From: Vitrella brassicaformis CCMP3155
Lineage: Eukaryota; Protista; Chromerida
Length of the DNA stretch: 37,791 nucleotides
Assembly (NCBI GenBank): GCA_001179505.1
Contig: CDMY01000638.1
Span: forward strand, 1-37,791
Reading direction: 5' to 3'
Shown: positions 32,867-37,791 of the stretch, in pieces
Position numbering within the stretch: position 1 is the stretch's first letter
Layout: each line of letters begins with the position of its first letter
Notes under the pieces: generated by a model
What the model saw: the letters and a program-made list of their open reading frames with translations, nothing else
Told to the model about the DNA's origin: nothing
Databases searched by the model: none
Program-made: the position numbers and the translations under genes

Positions 32867-35784
32867 ATGAGTGTAGCTCAGGTGAGCGGCGGCCTGGCGG
32901 CCAGGAGAGGGCAGCATCTCCCATTCACCGCCGGGTGTGTCCTTGTGTGTGCTGTGTGTGGTGTTCAGTTGAAGCAGCAGGCGGCGGGCGTCAAGCAGGG
33001 CTTGGACCAGCTGCTCCAGCTCCACTCGGAGGTAGCAAGGGCTGACACAACTGACAGGCCTGACATCTCATTGGTTGAATCGTGTATGTGTTGTTCGCTG
33101 CCATGTTCTGTCGGTGAGTCAGGTGGGTGCATCTGTGTCCCAGATCAACCAGCTGGACCCTGCCTATCACCCTGCCGAGGTACACACATAGCCTGCACAA
33201 GGCCACCGAGGAAGGCGTTCCACCAGATGGTGTCTGCTGTTCCCTCTGCTGCTGGACAACCGCAGGCGTCATCGAATGAGTCGCTGCAGGTGCACGTGCA
33301 GCTGTCCCTCGCCGCCGCCCATGTCAACAGCGCCGTCACTCAGCTGTCGTCCGTCAGGTCGGGCCTCTCGGGAGCCGTTGGTGCGCTGAGGGCGACAGGC
33401 GCACCACCACCAGTCATTAGCTCGGCAGCTGAAGGGACCGATCAACAGCCACAGGTACAGATCATGCAATGCACAGAGTCAGTAGAAAGCATTTCATCGA
33501 TTGCCCCCCCATGTGTTGGTCACAGACCCGGCGCCCATCGTATCGTCTGATCCATCGAAGCGGCAACCCTCCCCCCGTCCACCAAGGACCGGTCAGACTG
33601 ACCATGACAGATCTGATACACCGAACCATCTTGACCTTACTTTGATGTCATGTTGGTTGCCACATCAGGCCCGTCGTCGGCTGTCCCGTGACGAGTTGGC
33701 CAACGTCTTCGGCCACCTGCAGCCCTGGGAGCTGACGCGCCACCGCCGGCCCCTCGGCACGCCCCTCTTCCATCAGTCGGCCGCCAACTACACCCACCTG
33801 GTCATCGACTGTGAGGACGACACGGCGCGGCGCATGTGGGAGACCATGCCGCTGGCCGTGGCACACAAGTGGGGCAAGAGGGCGACCAACGTGCGAGAGA
33901 TCAAGCACCGCCACCCGGCGATGCGAGACGGATGGTGTCGCGGGACGTGGGTGACGCTAGTGGAGGGTCATGCCATCGGGCGGGCGGTCATCGCAGACAA
34001 GAAGCGACGGGAGAGGGAGGGCGGGGAGGGCACAGCTGCTGCCGCGGCAGAGCAAGAGGACGATGGCAGCTGGTCGGCTGACGAGGGCACACTGGAGGTG
34101 CTGTCATTCGAGGAGGTCAAGCTCAACCACAGCATTGACATCCCCTACCCTGTCCCCTCATCTGCCCTGCCCGCCGCCCCCGTCCACCTGCCCGCACTCA
34201 AGACCGTCGACAACATACCCGGCGAGTACATGAAGACTCGCGTCGGCCGCCAGTGGCTGACGCCCGCTGTCAGGACGCTCATCATTCGAGACCCCTTAGC
34301 TGAGGTGGCGGGTGCGAGGGCATGGGTGGCCGACTGTGAGGCCATTGAGGTGCTCCAACGCCGTGGGTGGGGCGCTGAGGATGCGACGAATATGCTGAGT
34401 GCGCTGCCCGCCGACGGGAAGTCGTTCGCAGCGCTTCACACACTGCGCGGCATCCGGCTGGGTTTTGGTACCCCCGCCGAGATCGACAGGCTGCGTGAGG
34501 TGCTGGTGGCAAGAGGCGTCAGGCGGTCCATTCGCGAGCTCAAGATCGTGTGGAACACACTGAGCAACACAGACGAGGACTGGGAGAGACTGCAGAAGAC
34601 CGCACAGCTCGTGTAAGGACATATGAGCAGAGGAGGAAGTTCAGCTCTGCGTGGCATATACCAGATGTGCTCGTCTTCTGGTGCATTACTGCAGAGACGC
34701 CGTCGCGCATTCCGAAGCTCTGTCGAGGCGCGTTGTGGGCAACATCAGGGGGCGTGGAAGGATCGACGACGAGCTCCTCTCGCGCACCAGCAGCGGCGGC
34801 ACTCCCACCATGCAGAGGATCATGCACGAATTCGCCAAGACAGCCGGCATGGTGACTTACAGCGGAGAGGACGAGGCCACCCCGCCGGCCATCTCGGACG
34901 ACACATTCCTCGCCGCCCACACCCTGCTGCTGCTGAACGTTGCCCTCGACGATGAGGCCAAGAAGAAGCGGGCGGTCGAGATCGCCTCACACATGCCCAG
35001 CCTGTCGTATATCGAGGCAGGAGACTACCAGAACGATGTGCCGCTGGATGCACCCGTCCGTGAGGTGTGGCGGTTCCTCGAGAAGCTGCAGACGGTGCTG
35101 GTCAGCAAGGGGAGGCAGAACATCCTGACGCTGTACCTTGCCGTATCTGCCGCCGACTTCACAGCACCCCTCAGCCATGGCCGGAGCCCATCGCTGTGGG
35201 GTCAGGGCGTGAACGCCAAGCGGCCGCCGATCGAGAAAGTGTATGTCTCTGTTGATGGTGAGCGGGAATGGGAATAAGCAGGGACCGCCATTGGCCGTGT
35301 CGTCTCTATATGACGGTAATGTTTGTCGTTCAGGCCATGTAGAGGAAGACAAGCTGGAGAGATTCTACCAGCACGCGATGGCCTCGATCAACTCATACAA
35401 CCACAAGCTCAAGGTGCGCCGCGCACCACCCACACACAGATGACTCACTGCCGGGCGATGTGTGTGTGCCCTTTCTCGTGTTGCTTGAATGAATGACAGG
35501 GCCACAAGAGGACCGAAGTGTGCTTTATGGACGACGCCGTGGGCACCGACTTCGACCGGCGCTTCCTGGCTCAGCAGATTAGCCTCAACTTCAGCGGCGG
35601 GCCATACGAGTTCAGCTTCAATGCCGACGGGATGGTTGCAGAGCGCCGCGACGTGGAGGTAGGGACAACGGCTCATACACAAAGCGTTTGCACCCCCCCG
35701 AAGTGCCTTGAGCGTCTGTCAACCTGTGTGCGCTGTGCTCTGCTGTGCTGTGCTGTCCTGAGTCAGATCGGCACAGAAGGATGA
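32867..35784 (+). CDS. F-box-like/LRR-like family, copy E with a different N-terminus (MSVAQ|LKQQAAGVKQGLDQLLQLHSE...) and an extra terminal exon
   Basis: The family MDVNQ micro-exon at 32656 is followed by an exon with an in-frame stop. A second ATGAGTGTAGCTCAG|gt at 32867 leads to unrelated exons, and homology with the family resumes at PSYRLIHRSGNPPP (about 33535). It ends ...ERRDVE|IGTEG*. Confidence 0.7.
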
Positions 35785-36235
35785 CACCGGTAGAGCTGGC
35801 CACTTGTGGGTGGATGGATGGATGGCTGCTGCCGTGAGTGAGCAGCTTGATGGCGTGTACAGGCGGTGGACAGTGGACAGGTAGATAGACAGACAGTTAG
35901 ACCCCTAGATCGACGGCCGGATGGAGGGGTACTTTACTCATCCATCGCTCATGCCCACCACGGCCCAGACACGACAGGCCTGTGGGCGATTCTGCATGTG
36001 TAACTGCTTGTTTTCTTGCTTGATGCGTGCGTGCATTGCTGTTGGTGTCCATGACCTTCCTGCCGCATCACTGATGTGCGTGTGAATGAAAGTGCATGCA
36101 TCTGTGCCTTCCCAAATCAAAGCAAGTCAGGGCCTCTATAGGAAGGCGTGTTAGGTATTGCAATTCAACACTTGTCGTTAATGTACACACACGCTGCACG
36201 TCACCCTGGTCCCTCACACCTCACAGACACTCCAG

Positions 36236-36420
36236 TTAATCACCTCCTCCCATAGTAGCTACCATCACGATGCCCCCGTCCCTCTCCCACCCATCCCTCT
36301 GCCGATATCTCCGATCACGGTTGCCGCGCAAATCGCGGTCAGGTGTGTGGCGGCGCCTGTCACGGTCTTGCACGGGCTGCCGACGGGGTGGCGGGGCATA
36401 AAGCTCAATCGGCTCCTCCT
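36236..36420 (-). CDS. Possible terminal exon of a small unresolved gene (EEPIELYAPPPRRQPVQDRDRRR...)
   Basis: Good acceptor (ttgtgcag|gaggag), an open R/D-rich frame to TAA, and a candidate 21-nt micro-exon upstream near 36551-36571. I could not build a complete model. Confidence 0.3.
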
Positions 36421-37339
36421 GCACAACCACAAGAGACATCCATAGGTGGATGGCAGGCAGGCCTGTTGTGTGCGTGTGTGAACATCGGTAAGCACATTTT
36501 GAGGTGCCCGTGAATGTCGCATTCATTCTTCATACTGAATGAATGCTTACTGATCAGCTATGCCCTTGCAACTGTGACACATACACACGGACGTACTGAC
36601 AAGAGAGACAAGATTAGATATAGCCGGAAACCCCACACGGCACAACACATGAGCCGCAACACATGACCACCGTCGACATGCAATTTTGGGCCCTGCATTC
36701 AGGAGGCAAAACACACAAACAAGCACGTGCAGTGATTGCTTGTGTTGCTTGTCTGCGTGTCTCTGTGTCCGTCTGTGTGTATCTCGACCCAGCAGGCTTT
36801 TCCCGCACACTCATCCGTGATGCTGTCTTGGCCATTCTCAAGGGGGATGCAGGGAGGCGGCGCACTCATGCGTCTGTTGTGCTGTCAGTGGCTGGCACAT
36901 GTCCTTCTATGTGTGTGTGGTGCATGCCATGGATGGGTGAGAGAGCCCAAGAGAGACGAAGACGGACAGAGAAACACCAGAGACAGACAGCAATTCCGAC
37001 AAAACGGACAGCAGGCAGTAATTCACGTACGTGTCCATCCCATCGACACATGCAGACACAGCGCAGCCTGTGTGTGCCTTCTCTCGCCTTCCAGGCACCG
37101 ACATACAGACATATGTGGACACGATGTCTGTCTACATGCTTGTGTATGGCAGTGGACATCGCTTCCATGATGAAAGAGTACTTACGTCTGACCAGTTCGT
37201 TCTCATGAATGCGGCGAGCCACTCAACATCCGCCATCCATTTGTTTGCAATTGCTCCAGCCACCCAGCCACCCACCCAGCCACCCAGCCACCACGCACCA
37301 CGCACCTTGCCGGCGACACCGTCCCGTCTTCATATCCTT

Positions 37340-37791
37340 CTACACCAGCGACACATAGCGCTGGACAAACGCACACAAACCAATGGCATGCAGCAAATGT
37401 CTGGCTGCACGCCGAATAGCTGTATGGCTCACCACTCCGAATATTTTTTTCTGTCTGGTGTGTCCGCTGGCGTCCTTGGTGACCTCATACAGGTCCTGCG
37501 GGCCTTCCTTTGGACCCACAGGGATCACCATCTTGCCACCTGCATCCACCCCAGGCACCAATCGCAATGGTGAGTGAGACATTTGCAGCACTCTTTGGCG
37601 GCACGTACCAGGTTTGAGCTGGTCGATCAAAGCCTAGCAGGGGCAAGAAACACACGATCCAATACGTGCGAGAAAGGCCGTCATTCTGCATCCGTCCGAT
37701 GTCTCACTTGTGGTGGGACGGAGGGAGCGGCGGCTGCCACGTGTATGGCGTCGTAGGGAGCGAAAGGAGGAAAGCCCTTCCGCGCGTCGCC
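37340..37791 (-). CDS. PCMT1: Protein-L-isoaspartate O-methyltransferase (PIMT), 3' part; the gene runs off the window end
   Basis: Spliced sequence GDARKGFPPFAPYDAIHVAAAAPSVPPQ|ALIDQLKPG|GKMVIPVG...|RYVSLV* matches the PIMT signature (GDG..G....APYDAIHV.AA...P..L..QLKPGG.MVIPVG...V.YVPL). Confidence 0.9.

Noticed and set aside
5225-35784. Treating the repeated family units as transposons or a CRISPR-like array
   Set aside because: No terminal repeats, transposase or reverse-transcriptase motifs, and no repeat-spacer periodicity; they are spliced protein-coding paralogues.

Overview
Eukaryotic, GC-rich, intron-dense genomic DNA with short GT-AG introns full of (GT)n/(CA)n. The style and the expanded 'MDVNQ...ARRRLSRDELANVFGHL' gene family suggest a chromerid alveolate, most likely Vitrella brassicaformis (inference, not a database result). 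Main result: an 8-exon minus-strand gene (12579->10748, 409 aa by manual splicing) encodes an iodothyronine-deiodinase-like selenoprotein. It has an in-frame TGA in LVLNFGSCS-U-PPF, a canonical SECIS hairpin in the 3' UTR (10466-10544) and a C-terminally fused CPFC glutaredoxin-like domain, so it may carry its own reductant. I know of no description of this architecture. Other content: a head-to-head multipass membrane gene, a catalytically dead caspase-family gene paired head-to-head with a C45 (penDE-like) Ntn hydrolase, a frameshifted SLC16/MCT-like transporter, an intronless F-box-like gene, four copies of a mosaic F-box/LRR-like family, a decayed tandem gene pair, an unknown low-complexity protein and the 3' end of a PIMT gene. 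There are two 300-N gaps; the first is flanked by a 1359-bp exact duplication that is probably an assembly artefact. All gene models were spliced by hand from GT/AG sites and reading frames; none was checked against RNA data or databases.
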